The notes: generated from the sequence alone by a model not told the origin. 64,000 bases of DNA from Elusimicrobiota bacterium (GCA_043827405.1 JBDRPD010000050.1:96001-160000); one strand, 5' to 3'. Counted from the stretch's first letter, positions 1 through 10,145 are shown. Made by a program: numbers and translations.

Positions 1-1
1 G

Positions 2-2680
2 ATTGAAGCCAAGGTTATCCCCGCGAGCTCGGGCCGGTCGCTCAAGAATAGCCTGAAAACCGCGATCAGCGCTCTCGGCCAGGACCAGAAGGCGGGCAAG
101 AAGCGGCCGGGCCTCGCCAGCCTGGGATCAAAAGTCAGCGCGCCGTCGGCGGAAACGAGCCTGGGGGAGCAGAGCGCGGCCGCCGACACCTACTTCCGCC
201 AAAAGGCCGGCTTCACCCATAACGAGCTGCCGCAGTCCGAAGATTTCATTTTTGACGCCTTCGCCCCGGAGAGCGTCGCTCCGCAGCGCACCCAGTCGGT
301 CCTGGAGGACGTCGCCGATCCGCGATACCCCTCGCGGCGGATTCGCTTTAACGGCACCTCCCTGCCCTCGGTCGCCATGCGTCCGGACCGCCCGGTGGAG
401 ACCGAAATCGTCAAGGCGATCGACGCCAGTAAAAAGACCATCGATATCGCCCTCTACGAGTTCAAGAACCGGGAAATCCTAAAGGCCCTGCGCAACGCCA
501 AGGAGCGCGGCGTGACCGTGCGCGTGATCATCGATGCCGGGCATGCCAACCCCGCCAAACGCGAAGGCTCCGACTACTGGCCGCACCGCAGCATGGAACT
601 CCAGTCCCTGATTCTCGCCGGCTTCGAGGTCCGGGTGCTCAAGGGAGCCTGGCGCTGGGGCATCATGCACAATAAGGTCGCCGTATTTGACGACAAGCTC
701 GGCCTCTTCGGCTCCTACAACTGGTCCTACACTTCCGAGCGCAACCATTACGAGAACGTGGTATTCACCACCACGGGCAACCGCGTAAAAGCCATCAACG
801 AGCTATGGAAATACCTCAACGCCAACAGCGTTGACTTCGCGGATTCCCTAAAGCACCAATGGCCGGAGAACGTCCCGGCGCCGCCCAAGGACAAGAGCCT
901 CAGCGTCCGCTTCAACGGCCTGCGCTTGCCGGCCTACGTATTCACCCCCGACCTCGAGGCCGAGGACTGGATCGTCCGGGTCCTGGAGAAAGCGCAAAAG
1001 TCGGTCGACATGTCCATGTTTACCTACACTTCGCCGCGCATCTCCCAGGCCCTGCTCGCGGCCAAAAAGCGGGGCGTGAAAGTGCGCGTGCTCCTCGATC
1101 AATCGCAGAGCGGCCAAAGCTTTATGCAGCCGTTTGTCGAATGGCTGGCCTTCCACGGCGTCGAGACCAAGACTCTGGCCGGCCCCAACCCGGACGGCCC
1201 GGTATGGGCGGAAAAGAACCACAACAAGTTCACCATCGTGGACGGCAAGCTGGTGCTGACGGGCTCGCTCAACTACACCAAGAGCGGCTTTATCACCAAC
1301 TACGAGAACATGTTCCTGCTCGACGACAAATCGGACGCGAAAGCCTATACGATGTTCTTTGACGACATGTTCGGCAGCCGCCGGACCGCGCGCGTCGTAC
1401 CGCCCGCGAAAGAGCCGGTGCTGCCGACCGAAAAGGATATCGTCGACGGACTGCGCGGCCCCCCGGAAGCGCTGCCGGCGGCGCCGACCTTCCCCGACCT
1501 GCCGAAAACCGGAGAAGTCACTTTCAACCGCAAAAAATTCCCCGCCAGCGTAGTCCGGCCGCACCACCCCGTCAAAGATTTGCTCGTCCAAGCCCTCGAC
1601 AGCTCGCAGAAATCGATCCATTTGGCGCTCTACGAGTTCGACATCCCCGAGATTCTCGAGGCCCTGCGGCGCGCCAAGAAGCGCGGCGTAAAGGTGCACG
1701 TAATCTTCGACTACTCGCGCTTCTTTCCCAAGGGAACCAATACCCGCGGCGAGCCCAAGCATCGCTCCGGCGAGATGCAGGCCCTTCTGGACGAAGGCTT
1801 CGACGTCTCGGTCCTGCGCGGCGTTAAAGCGCAGGGCATCATGCACAACAAGATCGGCATCTTCGACGGCAAGATGACGACGTTCGGCTCCTACAACTGG
1901 TCGCGGACGGCCGAGCAATTTCACTTTGAGAGCGTCAAGTTCGAGACCGAAAAGGCGCGCGTGGACTTCTACCGGCGCTATTGGGACTGGATGCGCAGCT
2001 ACGCCGTGCACCCCGACAAGGCCGAAGCGCATAAGTGGAACCAGGCGTGGAAGCAGGGACAGAAGGAGGGACGCACCACTCCGGTCGACGAGGACCCCGC
2101 GATCGAGCTTAACGGCGAGCGCTTCCCGCGCAGCGCCGTCTCGCCGCAAGGGCTGGCGGAAGACACCATTATCCGCGCCATCCGGGCGGCGCACAAGACC
2201 ATCGACATCGCCATGTTCAGCTTCTACTCGGCGCGCATCGCCGAGGAGCTCCTGCGCGCGAAAGAGCGCGGCGTCCACGTGCGCATCGCCTTTGACCGCA
2301 TGCAGTCGAAGCTCATGAAGCTCGACAACTGGTTCGCCTACTACGGCTTTGACGTAAAGATCGTGCCCGGCCCCAACCCGTACGGCATCGTCTACTTCGA
2401 GAAGAACCACAACAAGTTCATGCTGGTGGACGGCAAAATGCTGCAGATGGGATCCTTCAACTACACGGGCAACGCCGAGGAAAACTCCTACGAGAACCTC
2501 AACTTCTACAACGACCCGCTTGAGCTGGCCTTCTACGCCGCCTACTTCCAGCTGCTTTACAATTACGGCTGGGCGCCGATGATGCCCGAGGCGCCGCCGG
2601 AAGGCCTGCCGACGCCGGCTGAGTTCTTCGATCCTCAGCGCCTGGCGCAACTGCAGGCGGCTGCGGGCGACGAACTGTAA
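2..2680 (+). CDS. Multi-domain phospholipase D superfamily (Nuc/PLDc_2-type) protein with four HKD domains; 5' end outside window
   Basis: Frame is open from position 2 into the 377..2680 ORF; four HxKxxxxD motifs (HNKVAVFD, HNKFTIVD, HNKIGIFD, HNKFMLVD), each followed by GSxN. Confidence 0.9.
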   Translation: MEAKVIPASSGRSLKNSLKTAISALGQDQKAGKKRPGLASLGSKVSAPSAETSLGEQSAAADTYFRQKAGFTHNELPQSEDFIFDAFAPESVAPQRTQSVLEDVADPRYPSRRIRFNGTSLPSVAMRPDRPVETEIVKAIDASKKTIDIALYEFKNREILKALRNAKERGVTVRVIIDAGHANPAKREGSDYWPHRSMELQSLILAGFEVRVLKGAWRWGIMHNKVAVFDDKLGLFGSYNWSYTSERNHYENVVFTTTGNRVKAINELWKYLNANSVDFADSLKHQWPENVPAPPKDKSLSVRFNGLRLPAYVFTPDLEAEDWIVRVLEKAQKSVDMSMFTYTSPRISQALLAAKKRGVKVRVLLDQSQSGQSFMQPFVEWLAFHGVETKTLAGPNPDGPVWAEKNHNKFTIVDGKLVLTGSLNYTKSGFITNYENMFLLDDKSDAKAYTMFFDDMFGSRRTARVVPPAKEPVLPTEKDIVDGLRGPPEALPAAPTFPDLPKTGEVTFNRKKFPASVVRPHHPVKDLLVQALDSSQKSIHLALYEFDIPEILEALRRAKKRGVKVHVIFDYSRFFPKGTNTRGEPKHRSGEMQALLDEGFDVSVLRGVKAQGIMHNKIGIFDGKMTTFGSYNWSRTAEQFHFESVKFETEKARVDFYRRYWDWMRSYAVHPDKAEAHKWNQAWKQGQKEGRTTPVDEDPAIELNGERFPRSAVSPQGLAEDTIIRAIRAAHKTIDIAMFSFYSARIAEELLRAKERGVHVRIAFDRMQSKLMKLDNWFAYYGFDVKIVPGPNPYGIVYFEKNHNKFMLVDGKMLQMGSFNYTGNAEENSYENLNFYNDPLELAFYAAYFQLLYNYGWAPMMPEAPPEGLPTPAEFFDPQRLAQLQAAAGDEL

Positions 2681-2689
2681 CCCACTCTC

Positions 2690-3628
2690 CTAACGCAGTA
2701 GAACCCGCAGCGGCGGACGGGTTTCGCTAAGAGTCTTGCGCTCGCCGGCTTCATCGATATACTGCACATGCAGCGATAAATTTACCGCATATTCGCCGGA
2801 CCCCAGCTCCGGCACCAGCGTCATGCCTTTCCACCGGGCGAGCCCGTCCTGCCGCGGGATTTCGACCTCCCTAACGACGGGCGCGGCCAGCGCTCCGCCT
2901 TGCACGCGCAATTCGTATTTCGCGAGAATGGGGAAAGCGGACGGCTCCTCCGACGGCGCGCGGCGAAATCCCGCGGCGACATCCGCGCCGACGAACAACA
3001 CGACGCTGGCATGCAGCGCACCGCCGCGCGCCTCGATTTCCCACTCCACCAGCCTGAAGCCCTTATCCGCGAGCCGCGGGTAAACCCCGGTTGTAAAATA
3101 GTCACGCAGGACCGGAGCGCCCAACTGCTGCAGAAAAACCTTCAGCTGCGGGGGAGGTTCGCCGCCGACCGCGCGGGACTTATCGCGCAGCATCGCCTGG
3201 ACCACCGCTGCGGCCTCAGCCTTGGCGTCCCGTCGCAGCAGCTCATAAAAGGGTGGATTCTTAAGCGCATCATTCTTAAGCATCCGCAGCAGTTCCTCGG
3301 TCGACTTGCCGGCCAGCTCTTTATCGAGCTTCCGCCCCCGTGCGGACGCGCCCCGGGCGACCTTGGCCATCTGCTGCCCTGCCTGCTGCTCCTGCGCCTT
3401 ATCGAGGTACTTGATAACGAAGAACATCACTACCGCCACCAGGAGCACGGCAAACCAGCCGAGCTCTCCCGAGCGGGACGACTTGGCCGCAGTCGCCGTC
3501 GCCGCCGCGGGCTGGCCGGCGGCGGCGGCCATCTTGGCCTCCCACTTGGCCAGCACCAGACCGCACACGCATTCGGTACTGCCCGGCTTGACGGGTTTAT
3601 CGCAAACAGGACATTGGGTCAGCGCCAT
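2690..3628 (-). CDS. Hypothetical membrane protein with N-terminal zinc ribbon
   Basis: CPVC...CVC at N-terminus, then one hydrophobic TM segment (WFAVLLVAVVMFFVI). Confidence 0.7.
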   Translation of the reverse strand: MALTQCPVCDKPVKPGSTECVCGLVLAKWEAKMAAAAGQPAAATATAAKSSRSGELGWFAVLLVAVVMFFVIKYLDKAQEQQAGQQMAKVARGASARGRKLDKELAGKSTEELLRMLKNDALKNPPFYELLRRDAKAEAAAVVQAMLRDKSRAVGGEPPPQLKVFLQQLGAPVLRDYFTTGVYPRLADKGFRLVEWEIEARGGALHASVVLFVGADVAAGFRRAPSEEPSAFPILAKYELRVQGGALAAPVVREVEIPRQDGLARWKGMTLVPELGSGEYAVNLSLHVQYIDEAGERKTLSETRPPLRVLLR

Positions 3629-3705
3629 AATCCGGTATTCGAAGAGAGTATAGGCCGCCTCCGTGATTTCCGCAATAGCGCAGAAAATGTGGTTACATAT
3701 CCGCT

Positions 3706-5700
3706 ATGGTGCGCGAAATCACCTCCTCGCCGCTGGTCCGCGAGGGCGTTGCCTTCTTTAACCAGGGGAAATTCCCCGCCGCCGCGCGCGCTTTCGAGAC
3801 GGCAGTACGCGCCGGCGACGAGACTCCCTGGACGCACTGCTTCCTGGCGCACTCCTATGTCTCCATGGGCAAGGAGCAAAAAGCGCTCCGGCACCTGCGC
3901 GAAACATTCCGCGGAAAGACGCCGCCCATTCCCGTGCTCCTGGCGCTCGGCGATATCGCCGAAAGAACGGGAGACATAAAGGAAGCTGTTCGCTGCCTGC
4001 ATCGCGCCGTCATCCGGTCGTCCGGATCGGTCGAAGCCCGGCTCAAACTCGGCGGACTGCGCCTGCGTCAGCGGCACTTCGCCGCGGCCGAGAAGCAGCT
4101 GCGGGCGGCGGTCGAACTCGACCGCAAATCGACGGCGGGACATCTGCTGCTCGGCAAAGCATTGGCGGCGGGCGGGCGGCACGAGGAGGCCGCCCGGTCC
4201 TATCAGGAGGCGCTCGCGCTGGCGCCGCGCTCGGCCGACGTACGCCGCCTGCTGAGCGCGACCTCGCTGCGCATCGGCCGGACAGCGGCCGCGCTGGAAC
4301 ACGCGCAGGAGGCTCTCCGCATCGACGACGACGCGCCGGAGGGGCACCTGCTGCTGGGTAATATCCTGGAGGACAGCGGACGGCTTAATGAGGCCGCGGC
4401 GGCCTACCGGGAAGCGCTCAAGCGCCGGCCGGACCTGTTTGAGGCGCACCTGCGCTGGGGACAAACGCTGCTCAAATGCGGGAAATTCCCGGAAGCCCGG
4501 CAGCGCCTGCGTGACGCTCTCGCCCTCAACGCGGCCTCGCTGGAGGCCTGCCTGCTGCTGGCGGACGTGTACCGGCAGGAAGGAGACCTGACGTCCATGC
4601 GCGAATGCCTGCAGCCGGTGCTCAAGCGCGCGCCGTCCGCCGGCGCGGGCGCCGCCTATCACCGCTTTGCCTCGCTCATGTCCTTGGGCGAGTATGCCGA
4701 AGCCTGCGCCGAGGCCGACCGGCTGCTCGGCATGAAGAACGCCGGCAAAGAGCACGCCCTGCTGTACCGCTTCTGGGCGCTCGACTGGCTGCGGCCGCTG
4801 CCCAAGAATCTCTACGCCGAGCACCTGCATGCGCTGCACGCTTTGGCCGCAAAGCGGCCGCGCTCGCCGTGGCCGCGCTTTTTCGCCGGCGCGCTCCTCT
4901 GCCATATGGGAAGGGGCTGGGAGGGACTCGCGCTGCTGGACGCCGCCCCGCAGCCGCGCGGCCGCGGCGGCTGGATGCGCTGCGCCGCCGGCTTTCAACG
5001 GCTGCATCTGGGACTCTACCGCGACGCCGCCGCGGATTTCACCGCCGCGTTGAAGTTCCTGCCCGGCGCCTGGTGGGCCTGGTGCTTCCTTGCCGAGACG
5101 CATCTGTGCGCGGGCGATGCCGCGCGGGCGCAGAAGGACATGGTGCGGGCGGAAAAATCGGCACCGGACGCCGCCGCCCGCGGCGAGATTTTGGCCTGGT
5201 GGGGCGAGATACTGCTGTGGCAGGGACGCTACAAGGAAGCGCTGTGCCGCCTCGAGGCGACCGGCTCGGCTTATGCCGCCTGCTGGCGGGGCGCCGCGCT
5301 CATGCAGCTGGGCCGCAACGACGAGGCGCTCGCGGCTCTCGACCGGGCGCTGACGCCCGGCGCACGCGACCCGGAAGCCCTGGTCTGGCGCGGCGAGCTC
5401 CGGCGCCGCCTGGGCCGGCATAAGGAATCTTTGACCGATCTGGATCAGGCGGTGCAGCTGGGCGGCGGCTCATGGGCGCTCGTCAACCGTGCCCTGACCC
5501 GGCGCCGGCTCGGCGATCAGGCCGGGATGTGGCGGGACTTCGCGGCCGTTCCGGACGAGCTCGTGGGCCATGCGGCCGCGCACAGCCGGCGCCCGTGGGA
5601 CGCGGACGGCGCCGCGGCGCTGCTGGAGCGGCTGCTAAAGTCGGCACGCGGCGTACGCCGGACCGACCGCTATGTCAGCCCCGTGTGGATGAACCGATGA
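3706..5700 (+). CDS. Tetratricopeptide repeat protein
   Basis: Many TPR-like 34-aa helical repeats (e.g. GHLLLGNILEDSGRLNEAAAAYREALKRRP). Confidence 0.85.
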   Translation: MVREITSSPLVREGVAFFNQGKFPAAARAFETAVRAGDETPWTHCFLAHSYVSMGKEQKALRHLRETFRGKTPPIPVLLALGDIAERTGDIKEAVRCLHRAVIRSSGSVEARLKLGGLRLRQRHFAAAEKQLRAAVELDRKSTAGHLLLGKALAAGGRHEEAARSYQEALALAPRSADVRRLLSATSLRIGRTAAALEHAQEALRIDDDAPEGHLLLGNILEDSGRLNEAAAAYREALKRRPDLFEAHLRWGQTLLKCGKFPEARQRLRDALALNAASLEACLLLADVYRQEGDLTSMRECLQPVLKRAPSAGAGAAYHRFASLMSLGEYAEACAEADRLLGMKNAGKEHALLYRFWALDWLRPLPKNLYAEHLHALHALAAKRPRSPWPRFFAGALLCHMGRGWEGLALLDAAPQPRGRGGWMRCAAGFQRLHLGLYRDAAADFTAALKFLPGAWWAWCFLAETHLCAGDAARAQKDMVRAEKSAPDAAARGEILAWWGEILLWQGRYKEALCRLEATGSAYAACWRGAALMQLGRNDEALAALDRALTPGARDPEALVWRGELRRRLGRHKESLTDLDQAVQLGGGSWALVNRALTRRRLGDQAGMWRDFAAVPDELVGHAAAHSRRPWDADGAAALLERLLKSARGVRRTDRYVSPVWMNR

Positions 5701-7232
5701 GAAGGAAAGCCGCGATCCTGGGCATCCTGGCAGCGCTGAGCCTCGCCGCCGCCGCGGAGCAGAAACAGATCGAACAGATGAATGCTGAGCTCAGCCTGCT
5801 GGCAGAAAACATGCAGCGTCTGCGGAGCGATATCGCCCCCGCCATGGACGCCCTGGAGGAGATGCAGCCGCAGTACGAGAAAGACGACTCCTTTGTCCAG
5901 CTCACCGAGAAGCATGAGCAGTTGGCCGGCGGCATCCATAAAAATGTTAAAGCCCTCAAGCTGGAGGTCTATAAGTTCACCGACCTGCGCGATCGCCTTA
6001 ACGTTGAGAAAGTCCAGTCCGGCATTATGCAGGGCCTCATCAAGGGCAAGATGCCGGACGATTACGACGACCAGTTCAAGACGGTCATGGCCGACGTGGC
6101 ACTATCAAGCAAGATCAACGAATTTTTAACCGGAGTCGGCGAACGGCTGGAAAATGACGAGCGGTTATTCAAGCAGGCGGAAAAGCGGTTAAAGGACCGG
6201 ACCGCCATGAAATGGATGCTCGGCGGCGGCGGGATAGGCCTGCTCGTGATCGGTCTTATTTTGGCGCTCTTCTACCAGACCCGCCGCATCCAGAAGACGC
6301 AGATCGCCAGGCTGGTCACGCCCGACGGCGCGGCCCTCACCACCCCGCCGCAGAAAGGAGCGCCCGTCCCGGCGCTGGAAGGGCCGGCGCCGGGAAGCGG
6401 CAAGGCCCTCGTCGCCGGAGACGTGCTGGAAGGCATCTACCGCATCGAAAAAGAGCTCGGCCGCGGCGGCATGGGCGTGGTCTATGAAGCCACCGATGTC
6501 GCCCTCAACCGCAAGGTCGCGATAAAACATATGCTGCGGGAGATCGCCCAGCAGGCCGACGAGCTGGCGCTGTTTTTATCGGAAGCGCGCATGGTCGCCT
6601 CGCTGAAGCATCCCAATCTCGTCGAGATCTACAACATCCTCCGCAACCAGGGCCAGCTCTACATGGTCTTCGAGCACGTGGCTGGCCACCCGCTGAGCCG
6701 CTACCTGGAAGGCCGCCGCCGCTTGTCCGTTCGTTCCGTCAAGCAGACGGTCCGCCAGACCGCGGCGGCACTCGACTACGCCCATAGCATGAAAGTCATC
6801 CATCGCGACCTTAAGCCCGCCAATATCATGATCTCAGGCGACGGCACCGTCAAGGTCATGGACTTCGGCATCGCCTACCAAGCCAAGATGACGGTGGCGA
6901 AGGTCACGCAGGCCAATCCCTGGGGAACGCCGGCCTATATGGCGCCGGAGCAGGAACTCGGAAAAATATCACGCGAATCGGACCTGTTCGCGCTGGGAGT
7001 GCTGCTCTATGAGACGTTGTCCGGCGTAATCCCCTTCCCCGGACCGAACTTCCTGGCGCAGAAGCAGCGCGGCCTGTATACGCCGATCACACAGATGATT
7101 CCGGCCCTGCCGAAGGCGGTGGACGTCATCCTGACGCGCGCGCTCGCGCCGGACCCCCGGGACCGCTACCACACCGCCGGCGAGTTCGCCGCGGCGGTGG
7201 ACCGCATCCCCGAGGCGGCCGCCTCGGCCTGA
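5697..7232 (+). CDS. Membrane-anchored Hanks-type Ser/Thr protein kinase (signal peptide, ectodomain, TM, C-terminal kinase)
   Basis: ATG at 5697 overlaps the TPR stop (ATGA); GRGGMG, VAIK, HRDLKPAN, DFG and GTPAYMAPE motifs. Confidence 0.92.
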   Translation: MRRKAAILGILAALSLAAAAEQKQIEQMNAELSLLAENMQRLRSDIAPAMDALEEMQPQYEKDDSFVQLTEKHEQLAGGIHKNVKALKLEVYKFTDLRDRLNVEKVQSGIMQGLIKGKMPDDYDDQFKTVMADVALSSKINEFLTGVGERLENDERLFKQAEKRLKDRTAMKWMLGGGGIGLLVIGLILALFYQTRRIQKTQIARLVTPDGAALTTPPQKGAPVPALEGPAPGSGKALVAGDVLEGIYRIEKELGRGGMGVVYEATDVALNRKVAIKHMLREIAQQADELALFLSEARMVASLKHPNLVEIYNILRNQGQLYMVFEHVAGHPLSRYLEGRRRLSVRSVKQTVRQTAAALDYAHSMKVIHRDLKPANIMISGDGTVKVMDFGIAYQAKMTVAKVTQANPWGTPAYMAPEQELGKISRESDLFALGVLLYETLSGVIPFPGPNFLAQKQRGLYTPITQMIPALPKAVDVILTRALAPDPRDRYHTAGEFAAAVDRIPEAAASA

Positions 7233-7238
7233 GCGGAA

Positions 7239-7808
7239 CTAGCAGCGCCCGGCGGCCCGCCCCAGCACCGCTGCCAAGACTTTAACGATTTTCTTTCCCC
7301 CAACCGCGGGGACATGAAGGAAAGCGATCTTCGTCGACGTTTTAGCCGCAGCGAAGAGCGCCTGGTAGTACAGAAAGTTGCAGACATAGTCGCCGGCGCT
7401 GTCGGACACGACGACCGGCAGTCCCCGCCGCCGCAGGCAGCGCGCGATCTTGTCCACCGGCAGCTTTGAGCGCAATACTTCCGGGCCGCCCCGCAGAACG
7501 CGGCCGCTGCCGCGCTTCTCACCGGCGGCGTCTCCCCGCTTACCGCCGCAGATATTGCGCGCGCAGCGCTCAAGCCGGAAGGACTCGGCGCGGCGCGCCA
7601 CTCCCGTCAATAGGATCAGATCGTAGTCCAGGTATTCGAGATTTTGCGCCCAGCGGCGGCAGGAGCGATAGGAAACGCGCAGGACCTTCTTCCTGACGGC
7701 ATGGGAGTTGGCCCATGGACGCGAAAGGTCCAGGGCGCGCAGTGCGGTCGCGCTGGGATTATCCGGCACTCCCGGAAACGAGCCGAAGGCGGTGACCAGG
7801 ATACGCAA
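7239..7808 (-). CDS. pcp: Pyroglutamyl peptidase I (peptidase C15)
   Basis: ILVTAFGSF..NPS, LERCARN, SDSAGDYVCN and FLHVP motifs. Confidence 0.9.
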   Translation of the reverse strand: MRILVTAFGSFPGVPDNPSATALRALDLSRPWANSHAVRKKVLRVSYRSCRRWAQNLEYLDYDLILLTGVARRAESFRLERCARNICGGKRGDAAGEKRGSGRVLRGGPEVLRSKLPVDKIARCLRRRGLPVVVSDSAGDYVCNFLYYQALFAAAKTSTKIAFLHVPAVGGKKIVKVLAAVLGRAAGRC

Positions 7809-7814
7809 AATTAA

Positions 7815-8172
7815 GGGAGCGGCCCGTACCCCGAATTCTGTTCACCGGCCGAAGCCGGCTGAGGATCATTTCTCTAATGCAGCTACCGGACGGTTCCCGG
7901 CTCTCGCCGGGGCGCGGACCGCGCGAACCGCCACATTGCCTTGCTCCCGGTGGGGTTTACCTAGCCCCCGGAGTCGCCTCCGGAGCGGTGAGCTCTTACC
8001 TCGCCTTTTCACCCTTACCCCGCTTGCGCGAGGCGGTATGTTTTCTGTGGCACTTTCCATGCCCCGGGCCTTACGTCCCGGGACTCCCGCCTTTCAGCGG
8101 GCACCGTGTCCTATGGAGTTCGGAAGTTCCTCCCCCCCGCTGACGCGGGAAGGCGATCCTCCGGCCGCTCCC
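7815..8172 (-). ncRNA. rnpB: RNase P RNA, bacterial type A-like
   Basis: Minus strand: P1 ends GGGAGCGGCC...GGCCGCUCCC; GAGGAACUUCCGAACUCC near 5' end; AGUGCCACAGAAAA, GGUAAACCCC and ACAGAAUUCGGGGUA landmarks; typical position downstream of zinc-ribbon and RNase H genes. Confidence 0.93.
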
Positions 8173-8180
8173 AAAATCTG

Positions 8181-8630
8181 TTACGAGAAGAGTTCCGCCT
8201 GGGCCGGGCCGGAACCAGGCGCCGCCTTTGTTTTTACCGCGTCGAGCGCGAGGTTGGCGAGCTTGTCCGCCCGCTTGTTGAGCTCGCGCCGCACGTGCAC
8301 GATCGTAAAATCCTCGAATCCGCCCGCCAGCTTGCGGATGCGGGTCAAAAAGCCGGCCAGCCGGGAATTCTTAATGCGGTACTGGCCGTTCATCTGCCGC
8401 ACCAGCAGCTGGGAGTCCGAATGTACGAGCACCTTGGCGGCGCTCAGCTTGCGCGCCACCTCCAGGGCGTCCAGCAGGGCCGTATACTCGGCGACGTTAT
8501 TGGTCTCCGTACCGATAGCGCGGCCGAACTCCTGCAGCGTCTTGCCCTTCTCGTCACGGATCACCACCCCGGTGGCGGCGGGGCCGGGATTGCCGCGGCT
8601 CGCTCCGTCGATAAAGATGTGGAGGTTCAC
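8181..8630 (-). CDS. rnhA: Ribonuclease HI
   Basis: IDGASRGNPG, TNNVAEY, SDSQLLVRQM, NKRADKLAN. Confidence 0.92.
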   Translation of the reverse strand: MNLHIFIDGASRGNPGPAATGVVIRDEKGKTLQEFGRAIGTETNNVAEYTALLDALEVARKLSAAKVLVHSDSQLLVRQMNGQYRIKNSRLAGFLTRIRKLAGGFEDFTIVHVRRELNKRADKLANLALDAVKTKAAPGSGPAQAELFS

Positions 8631-9373
8631 GCGCCCGATTCCGCGGGCTCGGCGGGTTCCGACAGCGGCTCGTGCAGGATTCGCTGGCAGCTGTCGCAGG
8701 TGAGGATCTTCGTCCCTTTGCGGAGGTCCACCAGATTCTGCGGCCGCTGTATCACGTTGCAGGCGACGCAGCTGCCGTCCTTCACCGCCGCCAGCGCCAC
8801 GCCCGCCCGCCGCTCGCGCGTTTTATCATAAAGCAGGCTGAGTTCGGCGGGGATGCCGTCGGCCAAAGCGGCGCGTTTCGCGTCTTCCTGCGCGAGCATC
8901 GCCGCTCGCTCCGCCTTATGCTTTTCAAGTTCCTGAATCCGCTTGTTGTTCTCCGCCTCCGCCGCCGCCAGCGTCTCCTTGGCGGACTTCTCTTCCTGAG
9001 AGGCGGCGTCCACCGCATCCATCAGCTCGAGGATCTCGGTCTCTAAATCGCCCACGACCTTCTTGGCTTCCTCGATTTCCTTAAGCAGCGCCTTGAACGC
9101 GTCGTTGGTTTTAACGGAATTGAGATCGCCCTGATGCTTCCGGATGGCCTCCTCGCTGGTCGCCATCTCGTTTTCCTTCTCTTTGCGGCGCATCTTAAGC
9201 TCTTTGCATTTCTGCTGCGCAGCCGCCAAAAGCCCCTGCTCCCCCGAGACCTCCGAGCGCAGGGCTTCGATATCTACGGGCACCTGGGCGATCTGCGCGC
9301 GCAAACCGTCCAGCAGCTTGTCGTGCTCCTGGAGCTTGATAAGGCGGGCGAAGTCGTCTTTAGTAACGGCCAT
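8627..9373 (-). CDS. Coiled-coil protein with C4 zinc ribbon (DUF164/zf-RING_7, HP0958/CT398-like)
   Basis: Long coiled coil, then CVACN...CDSCQRIL; conserved context with rnhA and rnpB; start placed at MAVTK. Confidence 0.88.
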   Translation of the reverse strand: MAVTKDDFARLIKLQEHDKLLDGLRAQIAQVPVDIEALRSEVSGEQGLLAAAQQKCKELKMRRKEKENEMATSEEAIRKHQGDLNSVKTNDAFKALLKEIEEAKKVVGDLETEILELMDAVDAASQEEKSAKETLAAAEAENNKRIQELEKHKAERAAMLAQEDAKRAALADGIPAELSLLYDKTRERRAGVALAAVKDGSCVACNVIQRPQNLVDLRKGTKILTCDSCQRILHEPLSEPAEPAESGA

Positions 9374-9418
9374 GGGAGGCCCAGAGTATACCAAATAGCC
9401 CGGCGAGGACGGACCGGC

Positions 9419-10072
9419 TCAGCGCGGCCGGCGCGGGCCCGGCTTGCGGCGCCGCTTGGCGGCCGGCTTGGCGTTGGCCGGCGGCGCGGGAGCTGTTAGG
9501 GGGACACGTTCGTGTTTGTCGTTATACGTGAAGCGCGCCTTGCCGCCGACCTTATGCACGACGACCTGGTCGACAAACCAGTCCCCTTTTTCGCGGGTCG
9601 CGAAGAGATCGAGGTCTAAATATTCCTTTACCCCGTCGCCCACGGTCCGAAACTCGGCGCAGACAAAGGCCCGATTCTCGTCCAGCTGCGCGATAAGGTC
9701 CTTATGCACGCGCCGCAGCTTAAGCGTCCAGGTCTTGTCCAACTCGTCGTCGCGCACCCTTAAACCGCCTTCGTCGGCGACCTTCATGGACACGTAGCCC
9801 TTCACGGCACGAACGAAAGCCCGCACCGTCTTCCTGTCCTCCATCCACTTCTTCACCGGCGGAGGGTTCGATTTAGGCTTCGCGGCCTCCTGCTGGGCGT
9901 TGCGCTTGCGGCGCCTGGCGCGCGCGCGCCGGCGCTCGCGCTCCAACAGCTGATCTTGCCCGCGGTCGATGTCGGCGGCCGGCGCGGCCGGGGCGGCCAG
10001 CCAGACGAGAGCCAGCAGGACCGAGAACGTTAGCGCGAAAGCGTTGGTGCGCCTGAATGCACGTTTTCCCAT
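9419..10072 (-). CDS. Exported hypothetical protein
   Basis: Signal-peptide-like hydrophobic N-terminus ending APAA, followed by a globular beta-rich region. Confidence 0.65.
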   Translation of the reverse strand: MGKRAFRRTNAFALTFSVLLALVWLAAPAAPAADIDRGQDQLLERERRRARARRRKRNAQQEAAKPKSNPPPVKKWMEDRKTVRAFVRAVKGYVSMKVADEGGLRVRDDELDKTWTLKLRRVHKDLIAQLDENRAFVCAEFRTVGDGVKEYLDLDLFATREKGDWFVDQVVVHKVGGKARFTYNDKHERVPLTAPAPPANAKPAAKRRRKPGPRRPR

Positions 10073-10145
10073 TCGGCTCATTATGGCGTTTTGCCGGTAT
10101 ATCGTCAAATCCCCCCTCGCGATTTGCGATAATTTTCTACCGCCC

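Noticed and set aside
2..2680. PLD protein as part of a DISARM or restriction system
   Set aside because: No helicase, methylase or other defence partner beside it in the window, and codon usage is host-like; upstream context is unseen
848..5421. Long antisense ORFs (848..2650, 3619..5421 and similar ones elsewhere such as 12118..13305, 27251..28675)
   Set aside because: Shadow frames of high-GC genes with no motifs; the opposite strand carries recognisable proteins
7708..8831. Plus-strand ORFs 7708..8703 and 8106..8831
   Set aside because: They overlap rnpB and rnhA on the other strand and have no protein features
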